Shown here: positions 14,501 to 26,813 of the stretch, piece by piece
Layout of the letters: each line of letters opens with the position of its first letter
Numbering within the stretch: the stretch's first letter is position 1
Origin: Azolla caroliniana
Taxonomy: Eukaryota; Plantae; Polypodiophyta
Direction: 5' to 3'
Assembly: GCA_043228905.1 (NCBI GenBank)
Contig: JBHGNT010000021.1
Span: 2,604,001 to 2,668,000, forward strand
Length of the DNA stretch: 64,000 bases
Made by a program: the position numbers and the translations under genes
Notes under the pieces: generated by a model
What the model saw: only the letters and a program-made list of their open reading frames with translations
Databases searched by the model: none
Told to the model about the DNA's origin: nothing

Positions 14501-17500
14501 CTTATTAATACTTACCTTCCTCATAGCAAGGTTCAAAGCGGATGCCTGGAACTGCTGTCACGAAGTCAGTGGTGGCTAATGAAGCTGGTGGCAAAAAACG
14601 AGAAGAAATCTTTGTGGATATTATTGAAAAAATAAGTGTGACATTCAGTTCCAGTGTATGTCCTTTACCTCAAATCCCATTTCCTATAATTAAGTTGGAA
14701 GGATGCATTTTCTGCACCGTGGAGATGAGGATACTATTAATCAAATAGATTGTGTGTCGATGTTTAGCTTGTGGAAATGAAATCCCAATGTTAACCAATG
14801 TTGATTATTTCTCAGGGATACATATTAACATCAGAGATTGATGGAACCATTCAAATGAAGAGCTACTTAACTGGAAATCCAGAGATAAGGCTAGCATTGA
14901 ATGAGGATCTTAGCATCGGCAGTGGTGGTGGTTCTGGTCATGGTAAATTTTTACATCTAATGATAAAGTTCTCTTTTTGCCACGTGTCACATGATTGACC
15001 TTTCACTGGCATTAACAAAATTTCAGGTTGTAGTCATGCAGTACTTTTGGAACTAATTCCAATACATTTTGCATGTCACTCTATAGGCACAATGCATGGC
15101 AATTGAAGACCACAATTTCTATCAATCCCCTTGCTTATCTCGTTTCACATCCTTTACTACTCATGACACCTGTTATCAACAAAGGTTCAGGTTGTTGTTA
15201 TGGGGTGATTTTGGAACTATTCCCAATGAAGTTCTGCATATCACTCTATAGGCAAAAGGCATGGCAATTCAACACAAAATTTTTGTTAACTCCTCCAGGC
15301 CCATATCTTGTTTCACATTTTGCATAACGCATCACATGTACATAATGTGTATGCTTAAGTATAAGGGTATGTATGCTTGCAAATAAATACGTGTTGTGAA
15401 TGTATTTGAATATGTGCATATTGTGTCATTCATCCACTGTATACATGAAAACACTTTCATTGACATTGTTCTTGTTTGTATCAACTTTGAACATTTGGAA
15501 ACCTAGTCTAGCTTAATAGTTTTGGAAATTATGTCAAACATCTAGTGGAAACAATGAAGAAGATTTGAACTTAAGCTGATGGTAGCATTTCATTCCCATC
15601 ATTGTTTCCAGCTATGAGACCCTTATAGAGCAGAATGTGTTTGTGTAGGACATATCAAGGTCGATGCACACTAAATGCATTTTGCCTAAATCCTGTTCTA
15701 TACCCAGGTTTGTGATTGTCTTTAGGCCTCTTCCTCTTAGCCTCCTCCAACGCACTTTTATCCTCAATGTTCCCTCCGGACATTTTCAAGGCATGTGGAT
15801 AAAAACGTTTTATTACAGTTGTCCTCATGTCTCCTGTAAGTGTTAATTTTGTCCTTTTATGAATTTTTGATAAATATTTTATTACTTGCTCCTCCATGAC
15901 CCTTGACATTGAACCAGAAGACATTGTATGGCCAATGGTCCTTAGACCAGAGGAGTTAGGGATGACGGATCCCAATATCAATGCTTTTGGTCAGGTTGAA
16001 ATTGAGTTCTTATACGTGAAGGTGCATGCTTTCAATTGTAAAGGTGTTCTTATAACGTCACTTTAGGCTCATAAAGCCATTTATAAGCTATAAATGAGCT
16101 GATAAATGCTTACGTAGTACTGTGAATGGGTCACACACAGTTGCTACGGTTGCTGCATTCAACTTGAGATGGTTCATCCATGTTCAGAGCTTACTGTTTT
16201 TCTTCAGTACGATGACTAACGGGCTTAACCATGTGGCTTGTTTAACTGGGGAGATTAATCCTATGCAGAGATATTGATCAAGTTCTTCAGCCTCATCCTC
16301 TTGGGGGATGGGTAGGGTGTTCTTTTTTGAATATTTCTGTTGTTGTAGAGGTCTGATATATTGCATAGTCACCCTCCTAATAACAGAATAAACTTGGACA
16401 TTCATCTAAATATTTGTCCACCTTGTCATTCTCCAAGCTATCAAGTATGAACGCCTTCTCCATGGGTATGGTGTTCTTTTTTGAATATTTCTGTTGTTGT
16501 AGAGGTCTGATATATTGCATAGCCACCCTCCTAATAACAGAATAAACTTTGGACATTCATCTAAATATTTGTCCACCTTGTCATCCAAGCTATCAAGTAT
16601 GAACGCCTTCTCCATGGGTATGGTGTTCTTTTTTGAATATTTCTGTTGTTGTAGAAGTCTGATATATTGCATAGTCACCCTCCTAATAACAGAATAAACT
16701 TTGGACATTCATCTAAATATTTGCCACCTTGTCATTCTCCAAGCTATCAAGTATGAACGCCTTCTCCATAAAATGGGGTGGTGGCTGGACACCTCACTGC
16801 TTTCCCAATCATGAAATCTGACTCTTTTGTTCAATCTATGAGGATTTTGATAACATTCTGCTGCTAGTTATGTTTATCTTTGCCGTTTTTAACCATTGCT
16901 TGCCTAGCAACATGGGATATGCATCCTCTCTTGCTAACTCAGTTCTTCTAATGGTGAAATTTTGAACAGGTATCCTCCTTTATTTCTATGAGGTTTAGTG
17001 TGAGCTTCTTGTGATAATTCGCATGGAGGTGTGGGCATCTATTCTGGATGTGATCCTCCTTCTGGAAGTTGTAACAAATTATTGGCCTTCCCCTGAAAAC
17101 CTTGGTTGAATCGCCCTCTGCCACCTTGGTAACCGCTTCCATGGCCTCTTCCACTGGGATCAGGTTCCATTCTATTTACCTGGGCATGTGGCATTTTGTA
17201 TCCATAGGTTTGCTCTTTTATGATGCTACATCTGCAAAATTGAGCACCATTGTTTATTCAGTGCTCAATTTATTGCAGAAATGCCCGACATTGAAATATT
17301 TAATGCACAGTATGTGAACGTCCACCTTGACTGGATATGCTGCTGCAGATGGGTTCAGTTGAAGCTTGCATCGTGAACATAATCCTTGTCTTTGCAAGTA
17401 TCTAAGTATCTTCTGCCATTTCATGAGCTTCTCACAGGATGGATTCATAGAGAGACTGAGGTACATAACTGTCTACATGCCCAGTAATGGTCGCAAAGAA

Positions 17501-20500
17501 AATAACCAACTCATTGTTTCCTCCCACCATTTAGACATTGAAGCAGGACGAGCATTATGCATACCTGTGTTTCCCAACTTACAAGTACATCAGAGAGAAA
17601 CATGCCACTGTCTTGGTAGATATCACCACCATTTCATAGATAATGAAGAAGTCTAACCCATGGCTCTTTAGCCAAAGCTTGCTTGAACTTATATCAGTAT
17701 CAGTCCGTATATTACCACATGAGATGTAGTGACAATACGACACTACTTATCCCACACATATTAGTTATGCCATTCATGTTTGTAAGTCCATCTCAAGAAT
17801 CATTACCAATTGTAAAGCCACCTCATGCATTAAGATCATTATCAGGCATCTTTAGGAAATCTAAAGCTTTTGTTTATTTTTTGATATGGATAACATGAAT
17901 TACCCCATATTTGTAATGATAATTTTTCTCATAAGTCGAAAATATTTGAAGTAAGAGTCTAGTACATACCGAGGTTACCCTCATCAGCTTTGAGGGAAAC
18001 CTCGGAGACTGCCAGCTGTTATTCAGCTGAAATGTCATTGTGAATGTTTCATTCCCACCATCCAATGTGTGCTTAAACTGGATGCTCAGATGTTCAAAGT
18101 TTGGTTTGTGGGTTTCGGACACTTAAACTATCCTGGAAGTTTTGTGGCTAATTAAGAGCCATTCTCTGAAGTCTGAATGTTATGCAAGAGAGATGAAAGT
18201 GATCTGTCTTGCTGGAAAACTTCTTATAATCAATTTGATCATTTCAGTGGGTGAGTTTATTGTGGATGTTTCATGACATGCTTATTATATATCAAGTAAA
18301 CTCTTTCCATAATTCTATTTAATTCTTATTTCTATACAATTCTCCCATAATCCTCGCTAGCTGAAGCTCATTAATACATTTTGATCAAGGAAATATCCTG
18401 CATTAATATCTGTTGTAAATATGAACAATACCTTGAGTCACTCATAAGGCTTTGTATACAACATTGTTCTAAGATATTCTTATGATAATCTCATACCGTC
18501 AATTATTGTCTGACTATGAATGATGCAATGCCTTGTAATTTTTGCTGGACTTACTGATTGAGTCGAAGAACTCTGATAGTTGTACATCTGAAGATAGGAA
18601 CGTCCTTTGTGTATTTTGATTTGGTACTGACTATTTTGCCAGTGTGTGTGGAAAACGGATGGTTGAAATTAAAATTTTCAATTAAGTTCCATTCAATTGT
18701 TCCTGTATGTTTTAGTCATGGGGAACATCTGAACATGAAGATATGCTGATAGGGAACATTTGTTACATGTCTGTAACTTTTTATTATTCAGAATGAGTAT
18801 TGTTGCAGTATTTTTAACTGTGTTTATTATGATATATTTCAGAGTATAGTGGGTCTGGAGGAATGAACATGGTTATGTTGGATGACTGTAATTTTCATGA
18901 ATCGGTGCGCTTGGATGATTTTGATTTAGAGAGGACTCTCACACTTGTAAGATCTATTAAGATGTCTGTGATTTACTGTAATCATAATAAGTTCTATAGG
19001 TTCACACATTTTCATTTTGTAGGCTCCTATCCCTAAATGTTTCTTGAAGAAGTGCCTTAATTTCTCATAACAGGTTCCTCCTGATGGTGAATTTTCTGTC
19101 ATGAACTACAGAATGACACGAGAGTTTAAAGTTCCTTTCAAGGTGTATCCAGTGATCGAAGAGGCTGGTCCTTTCAAGGTATCAGATATGTCATCTTTAA
19201 TTTTTCTTCATTTGCCAAGTTCTTTGGCTATATGATATAGAATATGCACTGGAACTGATTTTCACAAAACTCAGGCAGAGTTGGTGTTGAAAGTACGAGC
19301 TGAGTTTGCCAATACCATAACAGCTAACTCGGTTGTTCTTAAAGTTCCATTGCCAAAATCAACCACGCGGTAATTTACATCGTACATATAACCATGATAT
19401 AGTAATGCATACCAATATTGTTGAACTTCAAGATGTACATTAGTATCTAAGGAAAAACTGATTTGTTTAGTGACTATGCACATAGAATTTTAATGAATAG
19501 ATGTTGATACTTGCATTGTATGGAAGAGTCAACAAAATGATAAGGGGACGTTTTCTTTTGATGATTCTCTATCCTGTAAATATTCATTTACCTCTAGGAT
19601 TTCATCTATACTTTAGTATGATTTAGGTTCAATTTTATGCTGGTTGTCATTCTGTGTGCATGTTTGACTATTGCATCAATGCAGGGTAAGTTTTGAAACA
19701 GAGTTGGGAGCTACAGGCCAATCAACTGACTTCAAGGAGAGTAATAAAATGGTGGAATGGGGATTGCGGAAGGTATAATTCATTTTTCTGAGCAATAAAC
19801 ATTTGAAATTAAGATTGTGAATTTTGGCACTATGCCAGGATTTTGAAAATACCCTATTTTGTAATCTATGTTTAATTAAGACTATGAGATTTTAATATTA
19901 TATTATGCAGATTGTCGGTGGTACAGAGCACATACTGCGGGTAAAACTTACACAGTCGCAAGAGAGAAATGGTAGATCTGTAAAACTCCTTTCTATAAGA
20001 ATATTTTAATAGAAGAACATTGCTGTTTACAGTTTTCTGTTATTTTATTACAGTGAACATAAAAAAGGAGACAGGTCCAGTGAGTATGAACTTTACTATT
20101 CCACTGCTCAATGTTTCACGGTTACAGGTAATTAATGGGTCAATGTCTTGTTTTCCTTTTGTGATAGGTAGGTAATACATGGGGACTATCCTGTTTTAGT
20201 TTTAGGTTGGTGCTTGTGTGTCTGATTTAGTTTTGGTTTTTAAAACATCGATCTTTTCAGTAATGATTTTATTATGACTGGGATGAATGTCTTGCAAGTG
20301 TAAGTTAAATCGTTGTCTATATATTGTGAATCTTATGGTATTATAAAAGTATATTGCAAGAAGCTATTTTTGTGTTGTTCTATATAAAGCTAGAATGTGT
20401 AGAAGTATGTAAAGATATATATGAGAGGAAATCAATGGACGATGTTGTTAATGTCTTTTCTATGTTAACAACACCCACACCCACATATACTAGCGAACTG

Positions 20501-20619
20501 AAATCTCTGTATGTGTACAGGTACGATATCTTCAGATTGTCAAGAAATTGAAGGCATACAACCCTTACCGTTGGGTTCGCTATGTCACTCATGCAAATTC
20601 TTATGTCATTAGAATTTGA
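11552..20619 (+). CDS. AP4M: AP-4 complex subunit mu; exons 11552-11609, 11697-11791, 13609-13812, 13901-14017, 14527-14655, 14816-14942, 18843-18946, 19074-19178, 19275-19369, 19685-19773, 19911-19971, 20054-20127, 20521-20619
   Basis: Hand-spliced translation: MISQFYVLSLRGDNIIFRDY...FFRNVKFWK...NVDGVNYFHVKVAGL...[27 protein letters not shown]...EEIFVDIIE...DDCNFHESV...VPPDGEF...PYRWVRYVTHANSYVIRI*. All introns are GT-AG and phase-consistent. Confidence 0.93.
12630..13000. repeat. Dispersed repeat remnants (probably retroposon-derived) in AP4M intron 2
   Basis: 12630-12700 is the reverse complement of segments at ~41395-41465 and ~43000-43075 (ttttaagaggccaaaatg..ctata). 12700-12980 resembles 42050-42370 in opposite orientation (NSVNHHRSSFFITLHSG vs [18 protein letters not shown]). 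Confidence 0.55.
15014..15325. repeat. Diverged tandem duplication, ~165 bp x2, intronic
   Basis: ttcaggttgt...ttttggaacta..ccaat...tcactctataggca...gcatggcaatt occurs at about 15020 and 15185. Confidence 0.6.
15650..17660 (-). mobile_element. Degraded Ty3/gypsy fragment (gag to start of RT) in AP4M intron 6
   Basis: Minus-strand peptides ICYNFQKEDHIQNRCP (decayed zinc knuckle) and GLISPVKQATWLSPLVIVLKKNSKL (gypsy RT N-terminal motif), with many stops. Confidence 0.65.
16316..16769. repeat. Near-identical tandem triplication, ~153 bp x3
   Basis: Unit ggtgttcttttttgaatatttctgttgttgtaga...gaacgccttctccat starts at about 16316, 16470 and 16622. Confidence 0.9.
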
Positions 20620-21325
20620 GACTTGCAAGCAGTGCCATATTCTATGGTAGAATAAGATTAGAAACCTTCCTTTCATGAGTTTTGAAATGAACTGTACTCT
20701 TAGTCAGATAAGGCCATGGCATGAAGCTAGGAATAATGTTATTTTCTCTTTTCTAATTGTTTGGATACCTAGAAATGCAATCAAAGTTTATAAAGAATAA
20801 TGCAACGATTAACCTTATCATTTGCAATATACAATGTACATGCGGATCCATGTGCAATATGCTAGTATACAGTAAAATAGTCTACAGTGATTGTTGGTAT
20901 GATTCCCATTGAAAAAGAACAGTCTTATAGAACATTAAGAACAGGAAAGTACAATCAATTGGAAGTCTCATCATTATGAAACGCTTTGTTGGTCTCTTGT
21001 TCCTTGCTTCCCTAGCATGATTTGTGATAGCAACACATTTAAACAAAAATAGAACAGAAAAGAGTTCTATAATTAATTGAGGAGCACTATAATGGTCTCA
21101 TGGAATATGTAACTATTTTGGTGGTGTTTTGTTTCATGGAATAGATAACTGCTTTGGTCACAGAGTTATTAATGAGCACTATAATTTTCTCATGCAATAG
21201 ATAACTGAAATACTAAATCAACGTTGGAGAACTGTAGTTTTTGCAATTTGATTTCTTGAGCCATCTTGAATGTAAGATCATAGGCCAAAGGTTCATTGGC
21301 TTGTTATCGTCATTGGATTTATGTT

Positions 21326-22100
21326 AACACCATTGATATTATCTATGTTGAGAAGGTAGTACCACTAATTATAGTTGAGGTTATTGATCACAATACTTGG
21401 AAGCATCCTTAACATCAGTATACATGATTGTGCACCTACTATTTTACTATTTCAGGTGTGTGGCTTTAATATGTAGGTAGACTAGTCTAATATGAATTGA
21501 ACTAATGATGAGCAATATAATAAGACTACATCGGGCACGCTTGAATTAAGGACATGAGACAAACGTAAAATCCATTGGTGTCCAATATCGTTGAATATTA
21601 TTGAATATTATGATACATTATATTTTGGTTGTTCAAAAATGGTGAACTTACCCTCACCAATAGTGCCTTATCTATGTTGAGAAGGTTACCACTAATTATA
21701 GTTGAGGTTATTATTTAACACCATTGATATTATCTATGTTGGGAAGGTAATACCACTAATTATAATTGAGGTTATATTTCACAATACTTTTGAAGTCCCT
21801 TAACATTGGTAGACATGATTATGCCAATACTATTTTATGATTTCATATATGTAGTTTAATATGTAGGTAGACTAATCTATTATGAATTGAACTAATGATG
21901 AGCAAGCAATATAATAATAGTTTAAAGGAAAAGAATGGATCAAGGGTGCTTAACTACATCGGCCACCCTTGAGTTAAGGACATGAGATAAATGTAAAATC
22001 CATCAATGTCTAATACCATTGGATATTACTTGACATTATATCATGATAGTTGAATAATGAATCCGAAGAAGAGAACTTTGCATCACCAATAGAGCCTTAA
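21326..22100. repeat. Tandem duplicated repeat (~390 bp x2 plus a partial copy), with an inverted homologue at ~31770-31935
   Basis: aacaccattgatattatctatgttg.gaaggta..accactaattata.ttgaggtta at 21326 and 21718 (partial at 21670). taaggacatgaga.aaa.gtaaaatccat at 21548 and 21975. Its reverse complement atttgtctcatgtccttc...ttaagcaccctt lies at 31881-31922. Confidence 0.75.
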
Positions 22101-23258
22101 TAGTGTCTCAATATGTTGTAATGAGTAGGACAATTGGTCTTTTTACATAGCCTAACACTTAAGGCTCCTAGACAATAATGTGTTCCCTCATGTCATACGT
22201 CTTTATGGCTTTGTACCAAATCTTAGTATAATTATTTTCCCATATATGCTACTTTTAAAGCATTAAAATTAATTTTTGAATTGGTCCTAAAAGTTATGGG
22301 TATAGCATAATCGAACTTCAAGGAAATTCATTTATATCTATGTTTAAATATGTGATGGACAACATACATGCTTCCTCATATTAGCGATTTGCGATTGGGA
22401 GATGTAGAAGCATACTTACCTCCAAAGTGAAACCTTTTCATGCAATGTCTGACTCTTGATGTCCAAGTCTCAAGAATTTGACTAATCAACATTGCAAATG
22501 AGAATGCACATTGTGACTGCGAGAAAGAAAGAGGTTACCACAATTTCACCGAGTGCTTTTGGGTGTCCTTGGTGCACATTAGACATGGCAAGCAATGATC
22601 CCCATGACCTAATGATGGTATGGCCCATATTCCTTGAATTTGAGCATTCACAATCTTTGTTGTCCCATGTTCTTTTCCGGGCTTTATTATGACTCCTCAT
22701 TTGATTGTTAATGGAGTAGTGAGGCCTACGAAAGATGCCATTGTGTGTGGATGTTGTGTCATTGCTTGTGCTAAAATAAGGGTTGAATCCTTATGCATTT
22801 GAAGCTAAAGCATGATTTGGCTAAAGTACCATGGCTAGAACTTCTCCATCATTTGTCAATTGGTGGTGAAATTCACATAGAAGGTGTGTACTTCTCTTTT
22901 TATGTGCTTCTAAGTTCCTGTACATAAAATGTTCCTTGTTCTTGATTCTCCTTCACATAATTTGAAAAAATCTTTTAGTTGTAGGTATGGGTTTGCACAT
23001 ACTTCTTCCATCTCTAACTAATGGGAATACCATTATCGTTCTCAAAGTTAAGTTCTTGCCATTTCCTTGGATTTTTTGAATTCCTTCAAAGCAAATCTTT
23101 GTAGTGGTATGGTTTAGATCTAGTTGATGAGCTCCACTATCTAAATTAAGGCTTTTGCCATTGTGGAGGTGACAACGAATTCAACTTAGATGATCTTTTC
23201 TAGGATGGAGGCTTTCCTATGTATCATCTATGACAATATCCTGATTAGTGGATGTCCT

Positions 23259-23377
<119 letters not shown>

Positions 23378-25811
23378 AAAGGCTTAAGACTCATATGTCC
23401 ATGTTCTATTTACCAGGTGTCAAAGGGAAACACTTTTGTACTTTGGGTAGTGGCATTGTTCTTTTAGCATGGGTAGAGTTTCTTAGTCTCAATTGAGTTG
23501 ACCTTGGGTGGCTTGGGTCATATTGTGCTTGTCTATATGGCTTCCCGATACATATAGGACCTAGTGTAAATAGGTGGAAGGCCACGACTTACGTCTTTGT
23601 TGGGTTTATAATGGGCCCTTTTTGCCACAAAAGTCATCTAGGGTCTACACAAGATTCCAAAAACAACATTGTGTCATCAACATAAAGAGGAATGTGTTGA
23701 GTCTAATTCAAACCGAACCAAGTCTATATTGTTTGGGTGTAATTTCTTTGATCTCATAGGTCAGTTTGGGTTTTCAAGGATGTTAAAGAATCATATACTA
23801 ATATAAGGGCACGATTCTCACTAATGATCACACAACAAATCAATCTCCAAGAATGTAATAACTTGTTCATGATTGCTATGCCCTACAACATGTGAACTTA
23901 CCTCTATGTTGTGTTGATTAGCCAATATGAAGTGTGACGATCCTCATGGTAAAGAGTTGCACATGTAATCTTTATGATGGGATGCCCTTGTCACTCATCT
24001 CATCTTTCATATGGTAGGATGGTTTTCACAATGTGTACTCTCATTGCTCTCTTCTCTTGAGTCTTGTATTTAGTATATTCCATTCAGTAAGTATATTGAG
24101 ATTTGATACCAAGGGGATACCAAGTTCATAATTTAGTAAAACCTTGGTTTACCACGAAGGTACAACTGTAATAGATATATACTATATAGTATACATTGAA
24201 TTTGTTTCATAATGTGAGACATTCTTTGGCTCTAGTTCATTAGAACAATTAGTTGTCCAGGGCCTTGCGATGGGTTTTTGAAGATAATCTCAAGTTGTGA
24301 AAATTGCATGGTTTCCATTATCAAAGTGTTTGTGAATGCAAATTTGGAGGGCCATAGTAGGATCCCTATGTTCCCACTTATATAAAGATTGAAACAATTG
24401 AACTTCAACACTTACTCTACTTGGGGAAACAAAGACTAGGGACTTGAGCTTGCTATTGCCTGGGAGACATTGTCTTCAGTATCTCCAACACATTGCACAC
24501 ACATTGTCTGTTTGCACCCTATATAATAGAAATGTAATCATCCTCTTTAGCAAATCACCTAAGCTGTCTTCATCTACTCCTTGCTTGAGCTCTTCTCACC
24601 TTGTTATAATCATCTATAATGCCAATGCCAAGCTTAAGGTATTACTACTATACACTATAAATTTTTGACCTGTGATTGGTTGAGCTAACCCCAAATGCCC
24701 CATATAAATGTGAACCTTTATGTATTAGTATTGATGATAAAAACTAGCCACAAATTTTGTAAATGAGCTAAGTTAACCCTCTCTTATCAAATAGATATGT
24801 GAGCCTTACAATTATTTTAACACTAAGAATAAAATTAGCTAGTCATTGGTTTGAGCTAACCTTATTACTGGTGTACAACTGATAACAATTAGTTGAGCTA
24901 ACACCCCACCACCTCAACTGCACGTTCCACACGTCAGGGTGGTGTTAATAGAATGATTCAATCGATCAGAGAGTGTCATTTGGGGAGGGTACAAATCTTG
25001 CATTTCGCATGATTGGTAAGTGTTTTCATGTTTGTCCTAATCAAATTAAAATCATTAGGTGGATTTTTTTAAAAATTGTTCCCTTCTTCATCTTAACTTA
25101 AATCACCCAAAATGAGTAGCATTTTGATCAAAATCAAGTTCCTCCATTGTTTCATTTCATCTCAAGTCAAAGAACAAAATGCATTGTAAATGAATGAATC
25201 CTCACCAACTTCTTCAAGAACAACTCCCTTTTGATGTGGATATTTTGTGGGTGGTTTTGATCATCCATGCATGCACTCACATCATTATTGTTAAACAAAC
25301 CACCACCCCAATATTATTATAATAAGCATGTTGTCCTTATTTTTACCCCTTGTACTCTTCTTCTTCTTCTTATGGTGGCGACCCTCACTCAAATCATTAT
25401 CATGATGATGATTATTATTATTAGATGAAAATCATTCATATGTGAATACTTTACAAGCATTTACAAATCTAATAAAATTCTGTAGAATTCGACAAAGATT
25501 TTACTTGAAAATTTATTGTAGTTCATACAAATTGCTCTAATTATATAGTTGATCTACCTCACATTGCACTAATGATGATGATTGGCTACCATTGTAGAAT
25601 TGAATGGTTAGCCTAACTTCACAAAATTTAACAAAAACCCAATAAAAAAAGTGGAAGAAATCATGGAAATAAATGGAAATCCTGTCAAATTAAATGAAGG
25701 AGAAAATGTGGTTCTCTGGTTCATCTACTTTTCTTTCAAGTTCTATTATTATTATTGGAATTTAGTTCTCAACTAACTATGCTACCTTACAAGAAGAAGG
25801 AGAAAGAGAAT

Positions 25812-25889
25812 ACGTACATACATGCATACATACATACATTTACATACATACATACATACATACATTTACATACATACATACATACATAC

Positions 25890-25922
<33 letters not shown>

Positions 25923-25928
25923 CATACA

Positions 25929-25960
<32 letters not shown>

Positions 25961-26014
25961 CATACATACATATACATACATACATACATACATACATGTA
26001 CATACATGACATAC

Positions 26015-26053
<39 letters not shown>

Positions 26054-26093
26054 CATACATACATACATACATACATGTACATACATGACATAC

Positions 26094-26148
<55 letters not shown>

Positions 26149-26203
26149 CATACATACATACATACATACATGTACATACATTTACATACATACATACATA
26201 CAT
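25812..26203. repeat. (ACAT)n tetranucleotide array, ~390 bp
   Basis: Seen directly, with recurring variant units (cattta, catgta, catga). Confidence 0.97.
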
Positions 26204-26813
26204 TTGTGGAGTTGTAGGTTCTTGAATTCTCTTAAATAAATTTAAAAATTGAATGGGAGGAAAAAGAGAGATTTGATACTTCTGATTAACATGAGATTTT
26301 GGCTAGATAGGTGAAGGGTTAGGGATATATTATAACTTATATGTGTCTTCTTTCAATCTCTAAATGCAGGCAGACATATGATATTGATCTCTTCTGCCCT
26401 GCTTTTTTCTAATCAGTTAGGGTAACTGTATGTAGCAGGGAGGATTCCCCTTTCCATTCTCATCTCATCATCTGATTCACTCACAAAGACTCATTATAAC
26501 ACCTAAAGCTTGAGTTGATCAATTCTAATCTCCAACACTGATGATCGCAACCAATATGAGACCAAATGTAGCTGAGACTCCCGCTGATCAATCCGGTGAC
26601 ATAAAACTCGGCAGCTAAATTTAGTTAAAACAATAGACTGAATCACGAATGACTGGATTCAATGAAAACTTTAGAGAAAATCATGAGCTCTAACTGTCAC
26701 TTTAATCCCATCATTATTTCGTTCTTTTCTTCTTCTCCTTTCCCATTTCGCAGGAGTGTCTGTTGTGTGTGCAGAAATCGATCGATTAACTCAAATTGTT
26801 TTTGCATTTGCAG

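Noticed and set aside
25755-26239. ORFs with HTYI/MYVC repeats
   Set aside because: They are translations of the (ACAT)n microsatellite.
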